Source: Leucoraja ocellata
Lineage: Eukaryota
Direction of reading: 5' to 3'
Length of the DNA stretch: 64,000 nucleotides
Assembly: GCA_036785375.1 (NCBI GenBank)
Contig: JAWMAR010000107.1
Span: forward strand, 4,216,001 to 4,280,000
Part shown: positions 62,763 to 64,000 of the stretch, piece by piece
Numbering within the stretch: the first letter of the stretch is position 1
Layout: the number at the start of each line of letters is the position of its first letter
Notes under the pieces: model-generated
Told to the model about the DNA's origin: nothing
The model's database searches: none
What the model saw: only the letters and a program-made list of their open reading frames with translations
Position numbers and translations under genes: made by a program

Positions 62763-64000
62763 AATTCAAACATTTTGTTTTTAATTCAGATTAAATTTAC
62801 TTTCAAAATACTTTCATGTAAGGGCAGCTTATATAAGTTAAGTTCTATCTTATCCCACTTTATATAAGATAAGTTCTATCTTATCCCACTTTTGCATCCA
62901 TTCCGTACACATCAGGTGCAACTTACAGAAACCAATTAACCTACATATCCTCATGTCTGGCCTGTGGAAGGATACCAGAGCACTTTGAGGAAACCCACGT
63001 GGTCACAGGCAAAACATGCAAACTCCACACAGACAGCATCCGAGATCAGGATTGAACTTGGGGCTCTGATGCAATGCAGCAGTAGCAGCTCTACCAGTTG
63101 TGCCACTGTGCTGCCCTTACATGAAAATATTTTGAAAGTAACTTTAAGTGCACATTATCTTTACATACAGTTGCACATTACAATTAGAAATACTTCCGTA
63201 AATAAATAGATGAATATTCATGGAGCTATACCAGTTGAACAAAAGACTGGATGCTGTAAATCTGAATTAAAAACAAAATGTTGGAATTACTTAAGTGAAA
63301 TTTAAAGTGCAACTTATCAATTTGTTTCATCATAACTGGCAATTGTGAGGGATAATAACTAATTGATATGAAACGTTATATTTTTCAATAAATGCGGAGT
63401 GACTGGATTATTTCCAGGAAAAATATATGATGTCACTTATTCCTAAAATATGTTTGCATGTGAAAGTTTAATGTAACTATAATGAATCAGTAAGTTTGGC
63501 TCGTATATTTGCAAACCTATTTAGATGATAGCCAAGAAAAGGCTGTCAGGTCTGTCTCGGGTCTTGAGATATGACTAGTGTTCCTACATGGGTGCAGCCA
63601 TGTATTCTTTTGAAAACAAAAAGAACAGAAGAAACGAAGAATTTCAAAGCCAGTAGAGGATGCTGGTGATTGTGGAAACGATCATCAGCATCCTTTACTT
63701 CCAGTTCAATTCACCATGGAGTTCAAAACAAGTGCATGGGTTCACATTGTGTGAATAAGATGTAGTTTGTTTTTTTTAGTCTCAGATCTAGTGCAAAGAG
63801 TTTGCAAGCACCACATAGTGTATGTAGTAACATTTTCCAGAGTTCACATACTCGTTGGAACATTGGATCTTATATTTCGGACATGGCTACTATGGTGCAG
63901 TTTAAATGCCGATCTCTATCTTTCCCAATCTAGATATCTTCATTAGATATATGCTTTTAGAAAAAACATATTTACTCTTTGCCAAACAAAGTAACCAAAG

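Noticed and set aside
62839-62891. Short local duplication AAGTTCTATCTTATCCCACTTT (also TCTATACTTATTGTCTTTTATGCTTTC at ~42463-42522)
   Set aside because: Two-copy duplications near TE junctions, consistent with slippage or repair; no further structure

Overview
Eukaryotic (vertebrate) genomic DNA, most likely a cartilaginous fish (skate/ray/shark), inferred from HE1-like SINEs and abundant CR1, Rex1 and Penelope-derived repeats. It holds the conserved MED4-ITM2B-RB1 block: the last four coding exons of MED4 (minus strand; exons 1-3 not found, probably in the 200-N gap at 14392-14591), a complete six-exon ITM2B/BRI2 gene (plus, 260 aa) and the promoter plus exons 1-4 of RB1 (plus). Much of the rest is transposable-element derived: CR1 LINEs (one with an intact 600-aa RT ORF), L2, Rex1, Penelope remnants, SINEs, hAT/Tc1/Harbinger/MULE-like MITEs, a solo LTR and Helitrons. 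Most notable: (i) a head-to-tail Helitron array in RB1 intron 1, one unit enclosing an LTR-less Gypsy RNaseH-integrase fragment (candidate capture); (ii) many Penelope-derived short, often palindromic repeats with minimal hammerhead-ribozyme cores; (iii) a ~760-bp near-perfect hairpin element in ITM2B intron 2 with two relatives; (iv) an ETS/ATF/E2F RB1 promoter module matching the human one; (v) an exactly flipped 57-bp loop inside a tandem repeat. All calls were made by eye and from recalled orthologue sequences; no searches were run, and TE boundaries are approximate.
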